A stretch of DNA of 64,000 bases from Planctomycetota bacterium (GTDB lineage Bacteria; Planctomycetota; PLA2; JAEUHO01). Shown here piece by piece: positions 9,729-18,854 of the stretch; position 1 is the first letter of the stretch, and each line of letters starts with the position of its first letter. The DNA is taken from contig CBDCWP010000026.1 in NCBI GenBank assembly GCA_965223505.1, positions 108,782 through 172,781 on the forward strand, read 5' to 3'. Position numbers and translations under genes: made by a program. Below the pieces are notes generated by a model. The model had not been told where the DNA came from. It was given only the letters and a program-made list of their open reading frames with translations, and searched no databases.

Positions 9729-10517
9729 GAGGCGCCTGCTACGGGTGGCGCTGCGTCGATGGCGCTGGTATCGGAGGCGGCTAAAGTGGGTTCGTGCCGG
9801 GGCGGTGTGGGCGGCGGACTTCACCAGGCCCAAGGCTGGCCTGTGGCAGGGCAAGGATCGACTGTTCCTGGTTCGCGATCTCGGAAGCGGAGCGCAGCTG
9901 GCGGCCGTAGCCTGCCGGGGCGAGAAGACGAAGACTGTGTGCTCGGTGCTGCTCGCTTTGATCACGCTGTTCGGAGCGCCGCTCGTTCTGAAGAAGGACA
10001 ACGCCGGCGCGTTTCGCTCGGAGCAAACGAAGGCGTTGCTCGAGGAGCACGGCATCACGCCACTCACGTCGCCGCCGTACACGCCCGCCTACAACGGCGC
10101 GTGCGAACGAAGCGGCGGCAACTTCAAGCGACGTGTGGAGCACATCGCGCAGATGGAAGAACATCCCCGCATCTGGCTCCCTCAAAACCTCGACGACGCC
10201 TTGCTCGTTGCGAATACGACGGCGAGGCCATGGGGTGCGACCGGGCCCACGCCGGCGGAGGCCCTCGAAGACCGCCGGCCCATCACGAGGCAAGAGAGAA
10301 CAGCATTCGAGCACGATCTGAAGTTCGAGACCGATGCCGCGCTCAAGACATTCAAGGAAAGAAACGCTAGAATGCCGATGTGCATCGAGCGCGCGTCAAT
10401 CGACCGCAGCGCGACGCAGAGAACGCTCTGCAAGCACGGCTATCTACAGTTCCGGAGAGGGCGCTTATCAACACTAGTTTCCGCTTGGCGGACGCGGCCT
10501 AACGCGTAGGGGACACA
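9729..10517 (+). mobile_element. Partial copy 3 of the four-ORF transposon (3' part of transposase B + right end)
   Basis: Matches 3615-4403 (offset 6114); ends GGGGACACA; left part deleted. Confidence 0.9.
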
Positions 10518-11020
10518 GAAGCACCATGCCGAGAAAGAATGGACCTGGACTATGGTCTGTGATCCACAGGACAGCCTTTACTACGTGACGTCGCACTACA
10601 CAACGTCAGCGCAAAGCTACATGTTCACAGAGGTTGACGATATCCTGGACTGTGATTACGCCAACGCGATTAACTACATTCGGATCAAGAACAGAGGTTG
10701 ACGATATCCTGGACTGTGATTACGCCAACGCGATTAACTACATTCGGATCAAGAACGACAATCTGGGCGAAGCATACCGCACCTACAAGGACGAGATTGA
10801 ATCTGAGAACACCAATTCCAGTTCAGAAAATGTCAGAAGCAAGCAAAGCGGCACCGGAACAACGGCCGCAGTCGGGGATGGGTCGTTGTTCAGCGCGAGC
10901 ACGAAGATAGAGTGTCACACGTACGCAAAGAGCGAAGCACACGCACACGGCAACTTGGTCGAGTACACCTGTGGCCCGAATTTCCTTCCGATTCCAGCAC
11001 CTCCGGATGACGACGACTAG
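10518..11020 (+). pseudogene. 3' fragment of an unknown gene, truncated by the IS and frameshifted by a 64-bp duplication
   Basis: Removing one repeat unit gives a continuous frame KHHAEKEWTW...MFTEVDDILDCDYANAINYIRIKNDNLGEAY...PPDDDD*. Confidence 0.6.
10627..10754 (+). repeat. Perfect 64-bp tandem duplication
   Basis: ACAGAGGTTGACG...CGGATCAAGA at 10627-10690 and 10691-10754. Confidence 0.95.
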
Positions 11021-11026
11021 GCTCCT

Positions 11027-12514
11027 TTGCGATTCCGTACCGTCGTTTTCCTTCTGGTCTTGGCAGTGGCGGGCGCCTTCTCATGGGTCGCGATACGAGA
11101 CCGGCCGCACGCCAACAGTACTCAGCAGACTGGCGCATGGCCCATTCCCGCTACTGAATCACCATCGCTTTCGGGCGCGGCAGCTCAGACGCGGCCAGAC
11201 GATGAGGCCCCATCGCGTCATGATCCGCTATCGCGGCGCATGCGAGCGCTAAGTGATGCGATCTTGAACGCGGGTCCGATGGAAGTCAGGGCGACCCTGA
11301 TGTCTCTCGCAGAGCTTGTATGCCGTGACCCGAGACTTGCAGGTCGGCTTGCGTCCGAGGCCCTGAGTGCTAGCGAGCGCGGGAACCAACGCCTCGCGGC
11401 CGACATTCTCTATGCGATGGGGCGATGCAAGAACAGCGAGGTCTTGGAACACTTGATCCGAGTGCTCCGGGACGAAGACGCGCCCGCGCCGCTACGCGGA
11501 GCCGCAGCGATCGGCCTGGCGCAGCGTCGAGTTATCGACCTGCGCTACAGGGCCGGGCGAGTGGGAATTGCATTCGGCGATACGCATCTTGACGGGCCAA
11601 TCGAAGAGGCGTTTGTACGAGAGGCCATACTCGAAACACTTGTCACCATGTTTCGTGATCGGAACATCTCCAAGGAACACAGCGGCCATACCCTTTACCA
11701 GTTAATTCATGCGCTTGGAGGCAGCGCCACAGTGGACCATGGCGTGTTTTCGACACTGGAAGAGATCGGAGATGCGGCTCCTAGCTACACACCCTGGGTT
11801 CTGTCTGCGTTCCAACTCTCCCTTGGCAGCAGCCAGGCGGCGTATGCCAGGGCGATATTGTTTCGCCCCGATGCAGACGACGCCACCCTTCAAGCTGCGA
11901 TGTCGCTATTGATCCGTTCGGACCTAAAGGGGGCGGCTGCTATCGCGGCGTCTCTCCTCGCCGCACGTTCCGGCTCCGATGCCGTCGCGCTCCTAACCGC
12001 AATGGGCACCATAGGCGTTGTCGAGGAGGGCGAAATGCATGCAGTTGAAGCGCTGTGTCAAGCGGCGGTTGAGTGGGCGCGGCAGCATCCGACAGTTCGG
12101 CTAGAGGACCAAACCGAGGTGAGTACTGGAAGCGCATTGCAAGGGGTGCTCAGCGTGGCTCTCGCTCGAGGCGCATCCGAGTCGAGAGTCATAGTAGGGT
12201 ACTGCGCGAACGCCTTACTCGAACGCCTCGAGTCAGACAATTTGTCATCCGATCGGGAGCTGGCAATCGCTGTCCAAACATGCGTGTCGCTCGGTCGGTC
12301 ACAGTTCATTGACGAGTTCGTCTCGCGGCTAAGGGGAAGCACCCTGAACTCTGAACGTTTGGCGCATACGATACTCTCCATTCGCCAAGGGACATCGCGC
12401 AAGAGATGGGAGAAGTTTGAGGCGAGAATACTCAGCCTCCTGGACCGTCTTCCACCAGAACTGATGAAGCGCACCGAGAAGGCCCTAGGAGAGTTCCCAG
12501 ACCCACGGAAGTAG
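11027..12514 (+). CDS. Membrane-anchored HEAT/alpha-solenoid hypothetical protein
   Basis: N-terminal TM segment, Ala/Leu-rich helical repeats (LRGAAAIGLA). Confidence 0.6.
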   Translation: MRFRTVVFLLVLAVAGAFSWVAIRDRPHANSTQQTGAWPIPATESPSLSGAAAQTRPDDEAPSRHDPLSRRMRALSDAILNAGPMEVRATLMSLAELVCRDPRLAGRLASEALSASERGNQRLAADILYAMGRCKNSEVLEHLIRVLRDEDAPAPLRGAAAIGLAQRRVIDLRYRAGRVGIAFGDTHLDGPIEEAFVREAILETLVTMFRDRNISKEHSGHTLYQLIHALGGSATVDHGVFSTLEEIGDAAPSYTPWVLSAFQLSLGSSQAAYARAILFRPDADDATLQAAMSLLIRSDLKGAAAIAASLLAARSGSDAVALLTAMGTIGVVEEGEMHAVEALCQAAVEWARQHPTVRLEDQTEVSTGSALQGVLSVALARGASESRVIVGYCANALLERLESDNLSSDRELAIAVQTCVSLGRSQFIDEFVSRLRGSTLNSERLAHTILSIRQGTSRKRWEKFEARILSLLDRLPPELMKRTEKALGEFPDPRK

Positions 12515-12519
12515 CGCCT

Positions 12520-13092
12520 CTACTCGGAGAGGAGTCTCAGCAATGGTGACAATGAGTCAGGCCCGGCGCGAATCGGGTCGTCCCCAGAAATTCCAAGCTC
12601 CTCGCGGCTGAGAACTCTCACGGAGCCGTCAAAGAACGCAATGACCGCGAAGTCCTCGAAGCACAGCTCAGCGATCAGCGGGGGAGGAAGACTAGACTGC
12701 CTTGGTTCGTTTGCGCGATCGGTGCTGCGCCCGACCGGACCTACGAAGCTCGTCAGATTCGGGAACCGCTCGCTTCTGAGCGCCTCTCCGGTGACCATCG
12801 CGTAGGCGCCTGCCGCCGGTCGCCGGCGACTGTCGTTCGGCGAGAAGAGGAGTTCAAGGTGATCCGGGTTTCTGAGCGGGTCGAGAGTGCCGTCCGCAAC
12901 CAGCGAAAGGACGTAGCTCTTCCCGACTTCGATCCGGTTGGCGCTCGATCGCATCAGCAGGGCTGAAAGCGTCTTCAGCCTGTCAACGGAGACACTCAGA
13001 TCGCGGTCCAAACTCGAGTGTGCAGGCGTGAGCAGCCACGCGCCGAGCGCTGCGGCGGCCACAAACAGCAGAAGAGCTACGTATCTTGACAC
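12520..13092 (-). CDS. Membrane-anchored H-X9-DG/DUF1559-like domain protein
   Basis: AAAAGAGGT RBS; TM segment; GKSYVLSLVADG.LD...LELLFSPND...AVIAFFDGSVRVL paralogous to 7267-8340. Confidence 0.65.
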   Translation of the reverse strand: MSRYVALLLFVAAAALGAWLLTPAHSSLDRDLSVSVDRLKTLSALLMRSSANRIEVGKSYVLSLVADGTLDPLRNPDHLELLFSPNDSRRRPAAGAYAMVTGEALRSERFPNLTSFVGPVGRSTDRANEPRQSSLPPPLIAELCFEDFAVIAFFDGSVRVLSREELGISGDDPIRAGPDSLSPLLRLLSE

Positions 13093-13338
13093 ACCTCTTT
13101 CATTTTACTCCAGTGGAGCAACTTCGCCACTGTATCGAGCGTGTCGACCCCATCGCGCGCGGGCAAGGTGGCCCGGTCGGTCGAGACGGACCTCGCGCGC
13201 CAACGATCGTCGGAGCCATCGCCGCTCGCTCAACGCGAGGTCGTGCAACGACGCGCGCACAGTCATGCAGATTTGTGGCAAAGACGCTCGCGGCCGGTCT
13301 TGCAACTGACGCCGTTGCAAGCAGTTACGACTTGGCCT

Positions 13339-13390
13339 CGCCGGCCTGTCAAGCCGGAGGTCGCGGGTTCGAGTCCCGTCACTCCCGCCA
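13339..13390 (+). pseudogene. tRNA-Asp(GUC) 3' fragment (att core), copy B
   Basis: Identical to copy A over 54 bp (8561-8614 = 13337-13390); 5' half absent. Confidence 0.9.
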
Positions 13391-13498
13391 GTCTTCTTGC
13401 ACGACGTCGCCCCAACTTGCGCGACGTTGCACGCTTGCGGCGATCTCCCTAGCGGAGCGCCCGATCCCTTACTTCTCGCAGCAATGTGCAAGGACGTG

Positions 13499-13543
13499 CG
13501 AGGTCGTGGCAGAAGAACAGCAAAGAAGTGGTCATAGTCACTT
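13499..13543 (+). repeat. 45-bp invariant site, copy 2
   Basis: Exact match to copy 1. Confidence 0.95.
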
Positions 13544-13651
13544 GGCGCTTCTCAGTCAGCCGGCCGAGTGTGGCGTTCCGACCGATCGGCAGGGACGGAG
13601 TGGTGACCCGGGTCCCAACTTCCGGTTACCGAGCGGGGTGAAGCTACTCGC

Positions 13652-15176
13652 GTGAGGCGTTGTCTTCCCCATCTGCTCTTGCTCGGCGCCATCACACTGG
13701 TAACAGCCTTCACGGCCTCGACGGTCGGAGAAACGTCTGCAGCACCTGAGGCCGACGCTGGCGGGCCGTGCGGCCTACCCGACAGCGGTGCCGTCTGCGA
13801 ACGGCCGCTTCTCGGCGCGAAGCCATCAGACGGAATCGATGAAAGTCCTTGGACGCAATCGCCGCCAGTCGAGCTTCCGACGAAGGCCCGCGGGCTCGGC
13901 GCGAGACCGTTTGGCGGCATGGATTTCGATCCTTGGACGCAATCATCGCCCACCGATCCTCGGACGCAGTTGCCACCGGCCGTTCCGCGGAAGCGATCGC
14001 CGCCCGCCGTTGTTCCGTCGCGAGCCGGACGGCGCGACAAGAGCAAAGAGAAGTGGCGAGTTCAACGCGCACTACCGGGTACGAACGGCGAACTGATCGT
14101 CGCTGAGGAGTATCTCGAAGAAGCGAGCGCGACCAAAGCGGCCCTCGTCGCCTATGACCTGTCCTCGCTTGCACCTAGTTTCCGTGGGCATAGCGCCTCC
14201 GCGCCGCTCAAAGGCCACGAGCCACTTGCTGCATGGCCCCCCCGCGACCATGACTGGTGGACCCGGCTCGCTACGGCCATCGTGGACAGGGTCGGCGAAT
14301 CCGGCTGGGCGAAAGACAGTACGCTCCTCGCCTGGGACAAGGAACGGGCGCTGCTCTTCGCGGCTAGGGGACATCGACCTCGAGGTGTCGTGGTGCACGC
14401 ACGCACCTCGCTTCGGGACGTTCTCGACGAGTCTCGTTGGATCCCACGTCAACGTCACGATCGAGATCCCAGACACAGACCCGTTGAGCTGGCGAGGCCG
14501 CCTGCCCGCAGTGCCGGGCACCAGCTCGGTGATCCCCCTGGGCGAGGGCCTCTCGTGTGAAATCGAAGTAGGCGAGCCGAAGCGCGCCGACCGACCCCTG
14601 AAGCGCACCTGGCGCCGCGCCTCACCGTCGTTAGGTCCCCCACCCCCAGCGGGCGAGGGCTCGGTACTCGTGTTCGATCTCTCAGGCTCCGAGAGCGGGA
14701 AACTCGGCGAGGGGCAAGTCACCCTGCGTGGCCCACATCAGGTCGTCCAAAGTGATGTCCGACGCTGTTCTCCTGCGTGGCTTGCGGCGGCGTACGACCG
14801 AGACCCTCTCCGACCGCCAGGAGTCGGCACCGGACCCGTTGCCTGTGGGCAGATTCGCGTGCAGGCATCGTCGTTCGACGCCACCCGCGAGCCCTCTCGT
14901 ATCGATCTTGTGCTCGTGGTCAGCGAGTGGACCGGGGACACACGGCTAGTTCAACTGCGACCTGGCGGCACGCCGGAGTTTGACCGCAGCCGCTTAGTGG
15001 AACTTCCGTCGGATCATGCCGTGGTCACGAGCCGCCACGTTTTCATTTCGCCGGAAGGCGAAGGCTCCGTCTCCTTTGCCGGCGACATCGGCCGCGGTCC
15101 CGAGCTCTTCACCCTTGCCTTACAGCGACGTCAGGTGCCGCAAGATACGGATGCAGGCTCGCGTCGCGGGCAGTGA
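13652..15176 (+). pseudogene. Putative secreted protein split across two frames (13652-14560 and 14154-15176)
   Basis: Signal peptide and duplicated LGA(K/R)P..G.D..PWTQS.P motif in frame 1; protein-like sequence appears to switch frame near 14370. Confidence 0.4.
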
Positions 15177-15190
15177 CCAGTCAGGAAGCA

Positions 15191-15235
15191 CGAGGTCGTG
15201 GCAGAAGAACAGCAAAGAAGTGGTCATAGTCACTT
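15191..15235 (+). repeat. 45-bp invariant site, copy 3 (no tRNA fragment)
   Basis: Exact match; 14 bp after the stop at 15176. Confidence 0.95.
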
Positions 15236-15325
15236 GGCGGCGCGGGTCTCGGGTGCGCTCACGAGCGTCAAGCGCTACTCTCGTCGGTAGCTCCCCCTCG
15301 ATGGGCGTGTCCTCAGGGCCTGGCC

Positions 15326-15769
15326 ATGACCGAGCTCATGATCATCCAAGACAGCCTCTGTCGTCCCACGGCGTTCTTCTGGAACGGTGCGATCGACGCA
15401 GCTCGCCTGCGAGCGTGGCTTCACCGCAACGGTCTAGAAGCCAAGTGCCCGAACGACCTTGTCCGACTGTGGCAAGTCACAGGCGGCGGAAACTTCTTCG
15501 AGTCGGAGACCATCCTTGGGCCGTACGGAGATGCCCAAATGGGGGACGACTTCTTGGGAGCGAACGAGCACCTGAGGGCTCGGGGGCTGCCGCCCCGGTT
15601 CCTGGCGTTCTCTACGGGAATGTCCATCGGTGCCGTGGATGTTTCCACAGGTGAGTTCGTGGAGCTGGGCAATGAAGGACTTGACGTGCGCTGTCGCTAC
15701 GTGTCGCTGGACCATTGGTACTCAAGTACGGTCAGAGACGAACTCGGCGCGAGGTATGGCTTGGCCTGA
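15326..15769 (+). CDS. SMI1/KNR4 (SUKH) family protein
   Basis: CPNDLVRLWQVTGGG.F and YVSLDHWY match the LP.DY..FL....GG ... SF.EWL pattern of SUKH domains. Confidence 0.7.
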   Translation: MTELMIIQDSLCRPTAFFWNGAIDAARLRAWLHRNGLEAKCPNDLVRLWQVTGGGNFFESETILGPYGDAQMGDDFLGANEHLRARGLPPRFLAFSTGMSIGAVDVSTGEFVELGNEGLDVRCRYVSLDHWYSSTVRDELGARYGLA

Positions 15770-16042
15770 GCGTCCCCAGCGCCGCGACGACGGCGCGGGC
15801 CAGCGTCGCCGTCGTCAGGGCAACTGCGAAACTCCATCCGTTCACCGGCGTATGACTCCAATCGGCACAATGATGGATCATACTGGACCGAATCGCCGCC
15901 GCCCCTGCGGAAGTGCAGCGGGGGCCAATAGGGCGGAGTATGGCCCGGAGAGCACTCGGGTATGAGACGTCGCTTCCGTCTAAGCTAGCCGGCCGTCCGG
16001 GAAGAGCACTTCGATGCGGATCGAACGGAAGTACGTCGGCGA

Positions 16043-16905
16043 GTGAGCACAGCTAGAGCACATCTTCAGCAGGCTACAGTCGTGTTCGCACTCGTGGCCG
16101 CTTGCGGCCTGCGAACACCCACGACAGTTCATGGGGAACCAACTCCGGCGGACTCCACACTTGATGTTCACATAGTCGGCGCGACAGATGCCGGCGACAA
16201 GTGGATGCGAGTTGTGGTTCGCGAGTTGATTCCGTCCTCAACGAGACGACATCACTCGATTGGACAACTGCTTTGGGTTGCTAGAGTCAAGTCTAAGGGT
16301 GGTAGAGCGCGGACTTCTCTTCCTCATAGCGCAGTTCGCGAGTTTCTGGCGGTCTCTGCGTCAACTTCGCAGTCCTGCGAGTACTGGAACGCCGCGGGCC
16401 CGCTGCAAGTGGACAAACCGAATGTGGTAAGGATCCCTGTAGAACTGACGCTGGCACGAACCGCCACTGGTAAAGTCCGTCACTCCAATGAGTGCCGCTG
16501 CGAGAAGTCAGTCGTCTGGTTTCGCAGAGCCAAAGCTCCCTGGGCACCACGCGGTTCAGCGGCCTCCGCGATGCGCCTTTTCCCACTTGATTTGGGCGGT
16601 GAGCCCAAAGCAGTAGTCTCCAGGCTGTGGGTATCCCGGTCTGTGCAGGTGCAGCCGTCTGGCCGATATGTACTTAGAGGGATCGAAGCCGGCGCTGACT
16701 ACGATCTTGACGTGGTCTCCTCTACCTGTGGAGAGTCTCAGACCGTTACCTGGAAGGCCGAAGATGGAGAAAGGGCGCCCGAGCTTGTGGTTCAAGAGCC
16801 GGGCGACCTTGTCGTACGCATCGATTGGCGCGTCGAGCAATCGAAGTCCCGCTATTCGCTCGATTTGGGACCCGCTCCCTTCAGACGCCGACGGTTCAGC
16901 GCGAC
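16043..16905 (+). pseudogene. Secreted protein with carboxypeptidase-regulatory-like beta domain, 3'-truncated by transposon copy 2
   Basis: Signal-like N-terminus; SGRYVLRGIEAGADYDLDV motif; frame runs into the IS end at 16906. Confidence 0.5.
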
Positions 16906-16913
16906 TGTGTCCC

Positions 16914-18020
16914 CTACGCGTTAGGCCGCCTCCGCCAAGCGGAAACTAGTGTTGATAAACGCCCTCTCCGGAACTGTAGATAGCCGTGCTTGCAGAGCGT
17001 TCTCTGCGTCGCGCTGCGGTCGATTGACGCGCGCTCGATGCACGTCGGCATTCTAGCGTTTCTTTCCTTGAATGTCTTGAGCGCGGCATCGGTCTCGATC
17101 TTCAGATCGTGCGCGAATGCCGTTCTCTCTTGCCTCGTGATGGGCCGGCGGTCTTCGAGGGCCTCCGCCGGCGTGGGCCCGGTCGCACCCCATGGCCTCG
17201 CCGTCGTATTCGCAACGAGCAAGGCGTCGTCGAGGTTTTGAGGTAGCCAGATGCGGGGATGTCCTTCCATCTGCGCGATGTGCTGTACACGTCGCTTGAA
17301 GTTCCCGCCGCTGCGCTCGCACGCGCCGTTGTAGGCGGGCGTGTACGGCGGCGACGTGAGTGGCGTGATGCCGTGCTCCTCGAGCAACGCGGCCGTCTGT
17401 TCCGAGCGAAATGCGCCGGCGTTGTCCTTCTTCAGAATGAGCGGCGCTCCGAACAGCGTGATCAATGCGAGCAGCGCCGCGCACACAGTCTTCGTCTTCT
17501 CGCCCCGGCAGGCTACGGCCGCCAGCTGCGCTCCGCTTCCGAGATCGCGAACCAGGAACAGTCGATCCTTGCCCTGCCACAGGCCAGCCTTGGGCCTGGT
17601 GAAGTCCGCCGCCCACACCGCCCCGGCACGAACCCACTTTAGCCGCCTCCGATACCAGCGCCATCGACGCAGCGCCACCCGTAGCAGGCGCCTCTTCATC
17701 TCTGAGAGCACTCGATACGGCACGTCGCTGAACATTCCCCGAAGTACGGTCACACCCGAGAACGGCCCGAGCTCGAACATCGCACGCAGCACCTTCTGCC
17801 GCTTCGCTCGTGGTACGTCATCGGCCTTGCGGCCACGCTTCTCGTACACCGGCTTGCCCTGGCGAACGCGAAGCTCCCACCGCCTGATCGTTCGCTCGGC
17901 CACGCCAAGGACTCGCGCCAGGTAGGCGCGTGTTTCCTTGTCCCAGCCACTTCGCCGCATCACCTCCACGGCCTGAAGCCGGAACTTCACCTGCTCCTCG
18001 TACGACATCCTCTCGCTCAT
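16914..18020 (-). CDS. DDE transposase B (copy 2)
   Basis: Near-identical to 3289-4395 with several substitutions. Confidence 0.85.
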   Translation of the reverse strand: MSERMSYEEQVKFRLQAVEVMRRSGWDKETRAYLARVLGVAERTIRRWELRVRQGKPVYEKRGRKADDVPRAKRQKVLRAMFELGPFSGVTVLRGMFSDVPYRVLSEMKRRLLRVALRRWRWYRRRLKWVRAGAVWAADFTRPKAGLWQGKDRLFLVRDLGSGAQLAAVACRGEKTKTVCAALLALITLFGAPLILKKDNAGAFRSEQTAALLEEHGITPLTSPPYTPAYNGACERSGGNFKRRVQHIAQMEGHPRIWLPQNLDDALLVANTTARPWGATGPTPAEALEDRRPITRQERTAFAHDLKIETDAALKTFKERNARMPTCIERASIDRSATQRTLCKHGYLQFRRGRLSTLVSAWRRRPNA

Positions 18021-18412
18021 CCCTGCCTCCATCCTCCCTGGTGCGCCACATGCAGCGCGTGCCGAACCCGCGGCGCCTCGCCAAGCCCGCAATCGAAGAT
18101 GTCCACCTGCGTTCGCACCACGCGCACTCGGTGCCGTAGCTTCGACACCTCGCGCTCAAGCTCATGATCGTCGTCAGGCAGCACGGCGCGCGGCCGGCCA
18201 CAAGCGCCGCCTTCAAGCGCCTCAACGCCGGCCTGCAAGAACCTACGTCGAAGATCCTGGAAGCGCGTTCGGCCGATGCCCAAACGCTCGCACGCATCGC
18301 CAACGCTCCACTGCCGGCCAAGCGTGAGCAGAATCACCTTCACGCGCTCACGCGCCGTCTCGCTCGCCGACGTGCGCGCCACCAGCGTCGGCATCTCGCT
18401 TCGCCGTCCCAT
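18017..18412 (-). CDS. HTH accessory ORF3 (copy 2)
   Basis: Near-identical to 2897-3292. Confidence 0.75.
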   Translation of the reverse strand: MGRRSEMPTLVARTSASETARERVKVILLTLGRQWSVGDACERLGIGRTRFQDLRRRFLQAGVEALEGGACGRPRAVLPDDDHELEREVSKLRHRVRVVRTQVDIFDCGLGEAPRVRHALHVAHQGGWRQG

Positions 18413-18854
18413 CGCCGTTTCCTTTCTCTTCAAGGCCCGTGCGCAGCGTCTTCAGCACCGTCTTGCCGCGGTGGCCGCGCTTGGCGCTGCGGCCCTTCTT
18501 CGAGGATGCCTGCTTGCGCCCGCCGCGCGCCAGCCCCAGGCTTCGATTGGCCGCACGAAGCAGGGACTGGTGCCGCCGAAGCTCCTTCTCCAGGTGCTGT
18601 TTCTCGGCCTTCAGCGCCAATATCTCGCGCTGCGGCGTCTTCTGGATGCCGCGCTTCTTCGGCTCCATCGCCCGCAGCATGCCCTTCAAAGCACGGCCTT
18701 CGAGCTGGTAGTAGCGCGAGAGCGACACGCCCATCTGCTCAGCCGCCTCGCTCGTGCCGATCTCGCCTGAGAGCGCTTCCAATATCACTGCCACGTGCTT
18801 GCGCGACGTCTTGCTCGCCGTGATCGTCGTCACGTTCTTCTTCTTCGTAGGCAT
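18348..18854 (-). CDS. HTH/coiled-coil accessory ORF2 (copy 2)
   Basis: Identical protein to 2455-2961. Confidence 0.75.
   Translation of the reverse strand: MPTKKKNVTTITASKTSRKHVAVILEALSGEIGTSEAAEQMGVSLSRYYQLEGRALKGMLRAMEPKKRGIQKTPQREILALKAEKQHLEKELRRHQSLLRAANRSLGLARGGRKQASSKKGRSAKRGHRGKTVLKTLRTGLEEKGNGDGTAKRDADAGGAHVGERDGA

Larger units (their letters stand above)
13240..13543 (+). other. attP-like junction B
   Basis: Colinear with junction A; contains palindrome TTGCAAC-N7-GTTGCAA (13300-13320), the tRNA fragment and the 45-bp site. Confidence 0.75.

Noticed and set aside
9646..10509. 287-aa ORF as a complete transposase
   Set aside because: Chimeric: its N-terminus is antisense helicase sequence; the IS-derived part starts at 9729.
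990..16905. Swapped TSD (GTCGT vs GTCGC) implying inversion between transposon copies 1 and 2
   Set aside because: Only 4 of 5 bases match, and the reciprocal pair (TGGCT vs GTACA) does not match.
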